32,000 nucleotides of DNA from Candidatus Jordarchaeales archaeon (GTDB taxonomy: Archaea > Asgardarchaeota > Jordiarchaeia > Jordiarchaeales > Freyrarchaeaceae). The notes under the pieces were generated by a model. That model ran no database searches. It was not told the DNA's origin and worked only from the letters and a program-made list of their open reading frames with translations. Positions 9,475 through 17,789 of this stretch are shown here, one piece after another. Made by a program: the position numbers and the translations under genes. Where the stretch lies: NCBI GenBank assembly GCA_038858525.1, contig JAWCFL010000002.1, positions 91,350-123,349 of the forward strand, written 5' to 3'. Numbering within the stretch: position 1 is the first letter of the stretch; each line of letters starts with the position of its first letter.

Positions 9475-10272
9475 TTGAAGGAGGGGACTGAGATTTCAGG
9501 GAAAAATCATAGCGGAAAAGTGCTTCTCCTCGACCTCGACGGGACGCTTGGCTTATCTCTGATACCCGAAGAGGATGCTATATCTGAAACTCTTAAGTTT
9601 ATTTCTGAGGAGCTCGCTAAGCGTCTCGGCAGGACTATTGATGAGGAAGAGATGCGCACCCTCTACAAGGAAACGAAAAACGAGCAGTATAAAATATACC
9701 ACCTTAACCCTAAAAGACATGACAAGAATTTGAGGTGGATGATGCTCCTCCATAAACTGGAAAATAAACTGGGTGTAAGGCTGCCTGAAAGTTTTTATGA
9801 GGAAGTTAAGGAGCGTTACTGGTCTGTTTTTGAGAGCAAGGCTGAACCATACCCGGACACGAAAGAAACCCTAGAAAAGCTAATGGAAAAATTCACTGTG
9901 GTCATAGTGACTAATAACGACTACGCGGAGGCTCAAAAAAAGATTAAGTTATTCGGCTTGAAAGAAGGGGAACACTACGATGCCTTAGTCACGTCAGAGG
10001 ACTTTAACGTTTGTAAGCCATCACCGGAGTTTCTTAAAAAGCTCTTCCCCTTTCTCGAGCAGAAGTTGAGCCGCATAGTTAGACCCGAACATATCGTCAT
10101 AGTAGGAGACGACCCTAAGAATGACATAGCATGGGCTCGAACTATCGGGGCCAAAGCTATAAGAGTCAAAAGGGATCTTCTCGCAAAACATGACCCTAGT
10201 AACGAGTCGGAGAAAGCTGACCACGTGATCGAAAACCTGTCCGAGTTGCTTAAAATCCTTGATAAAGTATGA
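9475..10272 (+). CDS. HAD-superfamily hydrolase (subfamily IA)
   Basis: DLDGTL (motif I), VTNN (II), KP (III), VGDDPKND (IV). Confidence 0.9.
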   Translation: MKEGTEISGKNHSGKVLLLDLDGTLGLSLIPEEDAISETLKFISEELAKRLGRTIDEEEMRTLYKETKNEQYKIYHLNPKRHDKNLRWMMLLHKLENKLGVRLPESFYEEVKERYWSVFESKAEPYPDTKETLEKLMEKFTVVIVTNNDYAEAQKKIKLFGLKEGEHYDALVTSEDFNVCKPSPEFLKKLFPFLEQKLSRIVRPEHIVIVGDDPKNDIAWARTIGAKAIRVKRDLLAKHDPSNESEKADHVIENLSELLKILDKV

Positions 10273-10311
10273 GTGTCCGAGCAACGAAGGCCTTCTATTG
10301 GAGGTTTATTT

Positions 10312-11598
10312 ATGGATGTGCTTGAGAAAGTTTTTTCCAAGATAGGGCTGGAGTTCGACGCGGAAATAGGAGCATATGTTCACGTAAAGACGAACATACC
10401 TCTCACAGTTCATTATGATGGAGAGAGCGAAGAGCTGGTTCTACTTGACCAAACTAAGCTTCCATTTGAAGTTACAGTTTGGAAAACAAAGGACTGGAGA
10501 GAAGCTGGAAACCCAGGAATAAAAGGAATGATAGTTCGAGGAAGCCAGGCTATAGGTTGTGCCGCCGGCTACGCAATGTTACTTGCAGCAAACAGCTTCA
10601 GAAACCTTAAAGAAGAAAAATTCATGGAAAAGCTTAACGAGGCAGCGTTATTCCTGAATTCTACGAGGCCAACAGCTTCTCCTCTAAAATGGGCTGTAGA
10701 ACTTTGCATAAAAGCAGCACAGAACGCTATTCGGAGCGGAGGCGTCGAAGAAGCCGTTGAAGCTATCAGAGAGACTGCAGACTACGTGCTTGCCTCCGAC
10801 TTGATCATGAACTGGTACCTAAGGCAGGAGGGGAAACCTCTCATAGAGGACGGCGACGTAATAATGACTCACTGCAATGGCGGAAGCCTTTCCTCGAGTT
10901 TTGGGGGACACGCCCTAGGAATGATAGAAGAAGCGTACGTTGAGGGAAAAGAACTAATAGTTGTCTCCAAGGAGACCAGACCCAGAAGCCAAGGCTTCAA
11001 GCTTACGACGTGGGAGCTTAACAGGGCAGGTGTGCCGGTGGTGATCATAACAGACAACATGATCTCCTCAGCAATAGAGCGCTTCGGAGTCTCGAAAGTT
11101 ATACTTGGAGTGGACAGGATTGCAAGAGACGGCTCAGTAGCTAACAAAATAGGCTCGGCCGACATAGCGCGCATTGCAACACTATACGGAAACATAGACT
11201 TCTACTATGCTACATCCTACAGCACCATAGACCTGAAAACAAGCGAAGGCAGAAGCATCCCTATAGAGGAAAGAAGCATAGACGAAATAACGTACCCATA
11301 TATCCTTGAAGCAAAAGACAAAAAGGAAAAGGGGATAATTTCGAGTAAAAGCCTAGAAGAATGGCCGCCCCAGAAAGTCATCGTCCAAGGAAAACCCGGG
11401 AGAGGGCAGATAATGATATATAACCCCGCCTTCGACGTCACGCCTCCGAAACTAATAGACTTAATCATAACGGACATAGGGATCTTCGCTCCTCAACAGA
11501 TAAGAACACTAACAGAGGAAAAAATAAATCGGATCGTGAGGGAGCGACTAGAAAAACAAGGGGTGACAATGCCCAAGTACATATATGTGTGGAGCTGA
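10312..11598 (+). CDS. mtnA: S-methyl-5-thioribose-1-phosphate isomerase family protein (MtnA / eIF2B-alpha-like)
   Basis: LLDQTKLP, MIVRG..AIG, TRPT, THCN, ETRP..QG.KLT.WEL, GVDRI..DG.VANKIG, NPAFDVTP. Start moved to ATG 10312 after GGAGG. Confidence 0.82.
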   Translation: MDVLEKVFSKIGLEFDAEIGAYVHVKTNIPLTVHYDGESEELVLLDQTKLPFEVTVWKTKDWREAGNPGIKGMIVRGSQAIGCAAGYAMLLAANSFRNLKEEKFMEKLNEAALFLNSTRPTASPLKWAVELCIKAAQNAIRSGGVEEAVEAIRETADYVLASDLIMNWYLRQEGKPLIEDGDVIMTHCNGGSLSSSFGGHALGMIEEAYVEGKELIVVSKETRPRSQGFKLTTWELNRAGVPVVIITDNMISSAIERFGVSKVILGVDRIARDGSVANKIGSADIARIATLYGNIDFYYATSYSTIDLKTSEGRSIPIEERSIDEITYPYILEAKDKKEKGIISSKSLEEWPPQKVIVQGKPGRGQIMIYNPAFDVTPPKLIDLIITDIGIFAPQQIRTLTEEKINRIVRERLEKQGVTMPKYIYVWS

Positions 11599-11600
11599 GC

Positions 11601-11617
11601 GCAAAAACATTTATTAT
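11601..11617 (+). promoter_or_regulatory. Putative BRE/TATA for tRNA-Ser
   Basis: GCAAAAACATTTATTAT about 31-47 bp upstream of the tRNA 5' end. Confidence 0.5.
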
Positions 11618-11647
11618 TCCTTCTCTGAAATAAGAAGGACTTGGTAA

Positions 11648-11810
11648 GCGGGGGTTGCCTAGTGGCTAGTTCCGGAGGAACCCATAAAAGGCGCTGGCCT
11701 GGAGTTTAAACCGCACCTGAAAGCCAGTGACCCGAAAAGGTGCATGACGCCGCGCGCCATCATGCGCTATCGGACGGGTCGCGTGGGTTCAAATCCCACC
11801 CCCCGCGCCA
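11648..11810 (+). tRNA. tRNA-Ser(GGA) with three BHB introns (11668-11687, 11705-11721, 11738-11775) and encoded CCA
   Basis: Removing the three inserts gives an 88-nt class II cloverleaf: GCGGGGG/CCCCCGC acceptor, GCCT/AGGC D stem, CTGGC-CTGGAGA-GCCAG anticodon arm, GACCC-GAAA-GGGTC variable arm, GTGGG-TTCAAAT-CCCAC T arm, G73, CCA. Confidence 0.88.
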
Positions 11811-11918
11811 AACACAACGATTCCCCCCAAACGTTGTTTTATGTCCTTCCTCCAGGAAATTTAGAGGAAAGAGCCGAGTAAGGCTATGTTTTGTGTGAAA
11901 AAATAGCTTGCTTGTTTT

Positions 11919-12350
11919 TTATATGTCAAGGACGAATACTAAGCGAGTTTTATCTTTTTTAATGTCGATTTCCATTTCGTGATACGTTGCTGCTTTGACG
12001 TCAGTCTTTGACACGTGCTTCTTGTGATTGAACTTTTCACCCTTTGCTGTCGCCGTTAACCTGTAACGTCCATCTTTCTCTTTCTCTATTGCCTTAACTT
12101 TAACCTCGGAGAATACTAGGCCCTCAGCGTCTGTTAGGTAAATGAATTCTTCAAGCCAGTTGTAAAGGAGACTCTCTAGGTCTTCTCCTTCAACAGTTAT
12201 GCTCCTTTCTACTTTAGGTTCGATCCTTGAGGTGTCCGTCATTAATTCGTAGAGTGCTTTAGCTGCCTCTTCGAAGGCTTCTTCGATGGTTTCCCCTTTT
12301 GCTTCTATTTTAGCATCAGCGGTGTGCTCGAGAAACCTAAAGCTGCCCAT
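11919..12350 (-). CDS. Archease (RtcB tRNA-ligase cofactor)
   Basis: FRFLEHTAD, AFEEAA.A, DLESLLYNWLEEFIYL, DVKAATYH, VLDI C-terminus. Start moved to ATG 12350. Confidence 0.95.
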   Translation of the reverse strand: MGSFRFLEHTADAKIEAKGETIEEAFEEAAKALYELMTDTSRIEPKVERSITVEGEDLESLLYNWLEEFIYLTDAEGLVFSEVKVKAIEKEKDGRYRLTATAKGEKFNHKKHVSKTDVKAATYHEMEIDIKKDKTRLVFVLDI

Positions 12351-12533
12351 AGTTAACACCTCACTCCAGTTTTTATCATAAGTGAAAGAAAAGCTTTCCT
12401 GAGTTTTAGAGAAGCATTTCTTAGAGTTTCGAGGAAGCCATGTGAAAGATCCGAGGGTGTTCTCTGTAATACTAAGCTTCAAAATGTTGGGGGTGAAGGA
12501 TGACTCGAGAAAGGTCTGGAGGATGAAGCTTGG

Positions 12534-13022
12534 TTGAAGTACGTTAAGGTTGTTTTTCTGGGGTTGCCCTCGGTTGGCAAGACGAGTATTATAACGCTCT
12601 TGAGCGAGAACAGGGTTGTTAAGAGCTACGACCCGACGATAGGTGTTGACTTTGGTTCTTTGTCGATCGGCGAATGTGAGGTCTGCATGTGGGACTTCGC
12701 AGGGCAGGATAGATTCAGGTTCCTTTGGGACGACTTCATAAAGGGGGCGAAGGTGATCTTCGCTGTGAGCGACTCGACCCCGAAAAACGTTCTGCAGACT
12801 AAGAGGATAATAGATGAAGTTAGGCAGAAAACTGATGCGGTTATCATAGGGATAGCTAACAAGCAGGATCTTCCAGGAGCCATGAAACCCAGTCAGGTGG
12901 AAAGCATACTTGAAGTTCCAACATACGGCATGGTTGCAATAGACCCTAGAAAGAGAGTTAAAATGTACAGCATTTTGAGGCAGGCTCTGGAACAGGTGGT
13001 TTTAACGGTAGCGAGCAACTAA
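12534..13022 (+). CDS. Ras-superfamily small GTPase (Arf/Rab/Roc-like)
   Basis: G1 GLPSVGKT, G2 PTIGVDF, G3 WDFAGQ, G4 NKQD. 162 aa, no CAAX box. Confidence 0.92.
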   Translation: MKYVKVVFLGLPSVGKTSIITLLSENRVVKSYDPTIGVDFGSLSIGECEVCMWDFAGQDRFRFLWDDFIKGAKVIFAVSDSTPKNVLQTKRIIDEVRQKTDAVIIGIANKQDLPGAMKPSQVESILEVPTYGMVAIDPRKRVKMYSILRQALEQVVLTVASN

Positions 13023-13095
13023 CCGGATTTTTTCCTTAGCGTTTTACAAAAAATTTATGTCTTTCTCCTTCAACCTGAATAAAAGGGGTTTCCGA

Positions 13096-13449
13096 GTGAG
13101 TTCATACAGTTTTGGACCGGCAGGAAAGTATTCGCCAAAACCACATGCTGCCCCTAAGGACATTAAGGAGATATCATTACTAGACCGCACTGTGAGAATT
13201 ATGGGTGTGGTGGTGGAGTCAACTTCAAGTTATATTGTCGTTGATGATGGAACAGGGATTATTAAAGTGCTCCTGCCGAGTGAAACTTCTGTTCCTGAAG
13301 TTGGGAGGATCGTTAGGGTTTTTGGCTCAGTATCCCAAAATGGGAAAGGAAGCGTATACATAAATGCGGAGATCATACAGGACATGAGTTCCTTAGATTT
13401 GGGGCTTTACAGGAAAGTTAAGAAGATTAAAAAGCATGGTTTAACATGA
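13096..13449 (+). CDS. Single OB-fold protein, RPA14/RPA3-like replication protein A small subunit
   Basis: VRIMGVV, DDGTG, VGRIVRVFG, INAEIIQDMS.LDL resemble the Thermococcales RPA14 pattern as recalled. Start uncertain (GTG 13096 or ATG 13057). Confidence 0.7.
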   Translation: MSSYSFGPAGKYSPKPHAAPKDIKEISLLDRTVRIMGVVVESTSSYIVVDDGTGIIKVLLPSETSVPEVGRIVRVFGSVSQNGKGSVYINAEIIQDMSSLDLGLYRKVKKIKKHGLT

Positions 13450-13480
13450 AGATTAAGGGTGTTATGAAGGAGGGGAAAAC

Positions 13481-14236
13481 TTGCCGTTTAGAGCGAAGTT
13501 TTCAGACGCGAAAACTTGGAAGCGGGTCATCGACGCGATAAGCGTACTTGTAGATGAGGCTGTCTTTAAGGCGAGTAAAGATGCCGTGAAAGTTAGAGCG
13601 ATGGATCCAAGCCATGTCGCTATGGTGGACGTCTATCTTCCCGTCGGAATATTTGATGAATACGAGTGCAGTGGCGAGGTAGCTATAGGGATGAGCCTTG
13701 ACGAGATGGGGAAAGTAATGCGTAGAGCAGGTGCAAGCGACGAATTGGAGCTCGTTCTTGACGAAGCTGCAGGCAGCCTTCGCGTGCATCTTAAGGGGGC
13801 CACCACACGAACCTTTAGGCTGTCCCTCCTAGATATAGGAGGGGAAGAGCCGCCTACGCCATCCATCAAGTTTAACGTTGAAGCGAAAATGCTGTCTGAC
13901 GCCCTTGTTCAAGCGCTAAAAGACGCTGAGCTGTTCAGTGATCACGTGCAGATCTCAGCAACTCCTGAGGGGTTGCGTATTGCCGCTTCAGGCGACACGA
14001 GCGGAGTAGAAGTCAAGATAGACAAAGGAAGTGAGGCTCTCTTAGAGCTTAACGCGACGGAAAGTTCAAAGGCAATATATGCGCTAAGCTACCTTTCAGA
14101 CATGATCAAGGCGGCTTCCGTGAGCGAAACAGTGACCATCGCCTTCTCCACGGATATGCCTTTAAAACTTGAGTTTAGGGTTCTCGGAGAGGGAAAAGTA
14201 ACATACTGGCTTGCTCCTAGGATCGAGGCAGAATAA
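13481..14236 (+). CDS. pcn: DNA polymerase sliding clamp PCNA
   Basis: RAMDPSHVAMV, YALSYL, DMPLKLEF, YWLAPRIE. Confidence 0.97.
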   Translation: MPFRAKFSDAKTWKRVIDAISVLVDEAVFKASKDAVKVRAMDPSHVAMVDVYLPVGIFDEYECSGEVAIGMSLDEMGKVMRRAGASDELELVLDEAAGSLRVHLKGATTRTFRLSLLDIGGEEPPTPSIKFNVEAKMLSDALVQALKDAELFSDHVQISATPEGLRIAASGDTSGVEVKIDKGSEALLELNATESSKAIYALSYLSDMIKAASVSETVTIAFSTDMPLKLEFRVLGEGKVTYWLAPRIEAE

Positions 14237-14284
14237 GAGGGGACTTTAAAACATCAACCTCTCCTTTAAATTTATTAGAAGCTA

Positions 14285-15337
14285 TTGAAGAGGAGAGGGT
14301 GCAAAATAATTTCTCGCCATTTTATTGCGAAGTATCCTTTCACGCTTGAGGCTCAGACATGGCTTAAGGAGAGAAAAATAGACTTAGACGACTTAGTTAG
14401 GGAAGAATACCGTATTGTTCTAGAGAGGGGAAAGGAGAGGGTTTTAAGTGCCCTTGAGGAAGGGGTTGTTTCTCTTGGCCTAGACGACCCTGAAGCCGAG
14501 TTTCTCTCTTTCCCCGTGGCTAGATTGATTGTCGAGGTTGTTGGAGACCCTTTCTTACGGCACAGGTTCGCGGTGGCTGAGGCGAAGAGGGCTCAAGGCT
14601 TATTTAGAAACGAGGATGATGACACGCTGATCGCCATAGCGACGCAAACCTTCGGTATTAATTGCAAGTTTGCTAGGAAGGATATTGGCGGAAGAAGGTA
14701 CCCATTCAAGATCCACTTTGCAGATTACTTGAGGTACGCATCCGGCTTTCATGACCCATACTGGAAGCTCGTTAACAGAGTCCTTTCGGGGGGATACGTC
14801 TTTCTCGTAAAGGAGGATTTTACGAGAATACTGGCTAGCGCTGTCGAGAAAAAGCTCTCAGAGCCACGAGAGCCACCCGTAAAGGTGCCTTCCGAGGTAA
14901 AGCAGATTGTAAGTGAGATTGCAATTAGAGTTATAGATAAACGCGAGAAATACGCTTTCGAGAAGGTGGAGGGGGAGATTGTGGAGGAAGCGTTTCCCCC
15001 ATGCATAGCAGCGCTTGTATCGGCGCTGCGGAGAAGCCAGTCTCTCTCTCACAATGCAAGGTTTACTTTGACCTCGTTTCTCCTCAACGTAGGCTACCCT
15101 GTCGAGAAGGTTATTTCGCTTTTCAGTGAGGTGCCTGACTTCAAGGAGGACTTGACAAGGTACCAGGTTGAACACATTGCAGGCATGAAGAGTGGAACAA
15201 GGTATACGCCTCCAAAGTGTGAAACCATGAGGACATATGGTTTGTGCCTGTCGCGTGAAGAATGCGGAAACGTGAAACACCCTCTCGAGTATTACAGAAA
15301 GCATAGACGACGCCACATGAAGGAGGCGGAAAGTTGA
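14285..15337 (+). CDS. priL: DNA primase large subunit PriL
   Basis: KYPF, FPPCI, HNARF, TRYQVEHIAG, YTPPKCETMRTYGLC (Fe-S C-terminal domain). Confidence 0.94.
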   Translation: MKRRGCKIISRHFIAKYPFTLEAQTWLKERKIDLDDLVREEYRIVLERGKERVLSALEEGVVSLGLDDPEAEFLSFPVARLIVEVVGDPFLRHRFAVAEAKRAQGLFRNEDDDTLIAIATQTFGINCKFARKDIGGRRYPFKIHFADYLRYASGFHDPYWKLVNRVLSGGYVFLVKEDFTRILASAVEKKLSEPREPPVKVPSEVKQIVSEIAIRVIDKREKYAFEKVEGEIVEEAFPPCIAALVSALRRSQSLSHNARFTLTSFLLNVGYPVEKVISLFSEVPDFKEDLTRYQVEHIAGMKSGTRYTPPKCETMRTYGLCLSREECGNVKHPLEYYRKHRRRHMKEAES

Positions 15338-16584
15338 GTCTAAATGACAGACAGACGAAAAACGAAGTTTTCCTTAAAAACCTCTTCAGAAAGTATTATC
15401 AGGAGAATAAGGTGGAGCCTCCCTCTTCAATGGAAAAGAGGGAGTTTGGTTTCATGTTCTTCGGTGCGCAAACCATGGTGAGGCACCTCGCATTCTCGGA
15501 GCCTGAAAGTCTTCAACGATTTCTGGTATCTAGAGCACCCTCTAACGCTTTTCACTCCGCGGCATATTACGCAAAGCCAGATGCTACAAGAATGGATGAG
15601 AAGGTATGGGAAGGGTGCGATCTCGTATTCGACATTGACGCAGACCACCTTAAAACCTCCTGTAAGGAGGTACATGATAAATGGATTTGCCAGCACTGCG
15701 GGCAAAGCGGTCCAGGAAAGAAGCCCGAGAAGTGCCCGGTATGCGGGGAGCAAAACATAGAAGAAAAAACATGGCTATGCGAAGAATGTCTGGAGACGGC
15801 TAAAGACGAGCTGACTAAGCTAATTGAGGATTACCTGACGGCTGATTTTGGCATTAGCACAGATGAATTAAAAGTGGTTTTCTCGGGGCATAGAGGGTAC
15901 CATGTCCACGTGACCTCAGAAGCACTGCTAGACTTGGATCAGAACGCAAGACGCGAAATAGTGGATTACATAAAGGGCGTGGGTCTCGAGCCGCGTTATC
16001 ATGGACTTGTTGAGGCACGTGATGGAAGAAGTAAGATACTAAGGGGACCAAGGGCCAATGAAGATGGGTGGAGGGGGAGGCTGACTAGGGGTGTAGTCAA
16101 AACCATATTATCTATGGATGAAAGCAGCATTCCTCAGGAAAGAAAAGTGAAGAATGCTTTACGAGTTTTACTGAAAGATAAGGATAAGGTGGCTGATTCG
16201 TTGAGGGAGGGAGTGTGGGACACTGTAAGGGGGGTTGGAATTGATGTTTGGGGGTATATAGCGAGGCTTGCTGTTGAGAAAGTTGGAGGGAGAATCGACG
16301 AGCCGGTAACGGCGGACATTAGGAGGTTAATAAGGCTCCCCACATCCCTGCACGGGAAAACCGGCTTTAAAGTTTGCCCCGTCCCACTAAGAGAGCTCTC
16401 ATCCTTTGATCCCTTCAAACACGCGTTAGCATTCAGGGGAGAAGCGACCATCCACGTAGACGAAGCCCCAAAGTTCAGAGTTGGGGAGGAGGAGTTTGGC
16501 CCATTTAAAGATGAGGACGTGGAGCTCCCTCTTTCAGCAGCTGTTTTACTAATATGTAAAGGATTTGCGTACCTGAGGGGATGA
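15334..16584 (+). CDS. priS: DNA primase small (catalytic) subunit PriS
   Basis: REFGF, DLVFDIDAD, FSGHRGYH, DEPVTADIRRLIRLPTSLHGKTG. Zn-finger insertion CQHC..CPVC. Confidence 0.96.
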   Translation: MSLNDRQTKNEVFLKNLFRKYYQENKVEPPSSMEKREFGFMFFGAQTMVRHLAFSEPESLQRFLVSRAPSNAFHSAAYYAKPDATRMDEKVWEGCDLVFDIDADHLKTSCKEVHDKWICQHCGQSGPGKKPEKCPVCGEQNIEEKTWLCEECLETAKDELTKLIEDYLTADFGISTDELKVVFSGHRGYHVHVTSEALLDLDQNARREIVDYIKGVGLEPRYHGLVEARDGRSKILRGPRANEDGWRGRLTRGVVKTILSMDESSIPQERKVKNALRVLLKDKDKVADSLREGVWDTVRGVGIDVWGYIARLAVEKVGGRIDEPVTADIRRLIRLPTSLHGKTGFKVCPVPLRELSSFDPFKHALAFRGEATIHVDEAPKFRVGEEEFGPFKDEDVELPLSAAVLLICKGFAYLRG

Positions 16585-16597
16585 ATGGGGGTTAAGA

Positions 16598-17098
16598 ATG
16601 TATAAGGAGATCCGCAAAGTGTGGTTCGCAGAACAAAAGGAAGAAGCTCTTCAGCCGCTGGGTGACGACTTCTTTGAGAGAGCAACAAGATACCTCAGAC
16701 AATTAGAGAGCGCGGAGGAGAAAGCGCCTGAACTGATTAGGGTAGAAAGGAGGCGAGTGAATTACATGTTAACGGACTTAACAGAGTTACGACTGGAAAA
16801 AATAATATTAAAAACCATGGCTAATGCCCCTCTCGATGAGGGAGCACTATCTCAAGAGGAAAAAAGCGTCTATGATGCTCTCAAAAAGTTATTGACGATG
16901 AAAGAGAATAGACTGGAAGAAATAGAAGAAGGCGACTTTCTAGTTGTACGTGTACTCATAGACCTGCCAGAAATAGTCGGGGTAGACCTGCAAACTTACG
17001 GCCCATTTAAGGCGGAAGACGTAGCTACGCTCCCCAGGGAAAACGCTGTCGCTCTTATAAAGAGAGGGGTTGCCGCACCAATAATAACCGGCAAATAA
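16598..17098 (+). CDS. GINS complex subunit Gins15 (Sld5/Psf1-like)
   Basis: N-terminal helical A domain (R..KI) and C-terminal B domain IVGVDLQTYGPFKAEDVATLP.ENA. Follows priS as in the conserved archaeal cluster. Confidence 0.9.
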   Translation: MYKEIRKVWFAEQKEEALQPLGDDFFERATRYLRQLESAEEKAPELIRVERRRVNYMLTDLTELRLEKIILKTMANAPLDEGALSQEEKSVYDALKKLLTMKENRLEEIEEGDFLVVRVLIDLPEIVGVDLQTYGPFKAEDVATLPRENAVALIKRGVAAPIITGK

Positions 17099-17160
17099 AA
17101 GAACACTAATACGTAAAAAATGATATCCAGTGGCATGTTTCAGATGGCGGTTAAGCGTCG

Positions 17161-17178
17161 CAAAAAGTTTTTAAATAT
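17161..17178 (+). promoter_or_regulatory. Putative BRE/TATA for the rpl11 operon
   Basis: CAAAAAGTTTTTAAATA in the GINS-rpl11 gap. It implies a leader of about 60 nt. Confidence 0.5.
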
Positions 17179-17263
17179 TTAGACTCTTGTCCTTTCTCAA
17201 TCACACGTGAACATATCCTCTTTTCGCTAATCTCTCGTAGAGTTCATTAAAAGGTGAACGAGT

Positions 17264-17749
17264 TTGGGCAAAGTTACTGTTGAAGCCCTTGTTGAGGGAG
17301 GAAAGGCGACAGCTGGTCCCCCAATAGGCCCAGCTTTGGGACCTACAGGAGTTAACCTTTACCAGGTAGTTCAGAAAATAAACGAGTTAACGGCTAAGTT
17401 TAAGGGCCTTAAAGTTCCAGTAAAAATAACAGTTAATACTGATGATAAGTCCTTCGAAGTAGAAGTAGGTGTTCCACCCACATCTGCTCTTATTCTGAGC
17501 AAGCTAGGTAAGGAGAAAGCTACAGGAAACCCTGGAAAAGAAGTTACGGGTGACATTTCAATGAAGGACATAATCGAAATAGCAAAAATGAAGCGTACCC
17601 AACTGTCAGCAAAGACTTTAGCTGGAGCTGTAAGAACAGTCCTTGGGACATGTACTTCTATGGGAATTACAGTGGAGGGTAAGGATCCACGTGACGTTCA
17701 AAAGGAGGTGCTAGAAGGCAAATATGACGACATCATATCCGAAAAGTGA
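17264..17749 (+). CDS. rpl11: 50S ribosomal protein uL11
   Basis: GGKATAGPPIGPALGP, VGVPPTSALI, VLGTCTSMG. Confidence 0.98.
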   Translation: MGKVTVEALVEGGKATAGPPIGPALGPTGVNLYQVVQKINELTAKFKGLKVPVKITVNTDDKSFEVEVGVPPTSALILSKLGKEKATGNPGKEVTGDISMKDIIEIAKMKRTQLSAKTLAGAVRTVLGTCTSMGITVEGKDPRDVQKEVLEGKYDDIISEK

Positions 17750-17789
17750 CCTTTCCTTCAAGTCAAATATCGAAAGTTGAGGGATTTCC

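Noticed and set aside
10270-10275. In-frame TGA-GTG junction between HAD and mtnA as readthrough
   Set aside because: A better mtnA start (ATG 10312 with GGAGG) exists and both proteins are complete.
11648-11810. tRNA-Sec or tRNA-Leu identity for the long tRNA
   Set aside because: It has a 7/5 fold, no TCA anticodon, and G73 with a GGA anticodon. The apparently long arm is an intron.
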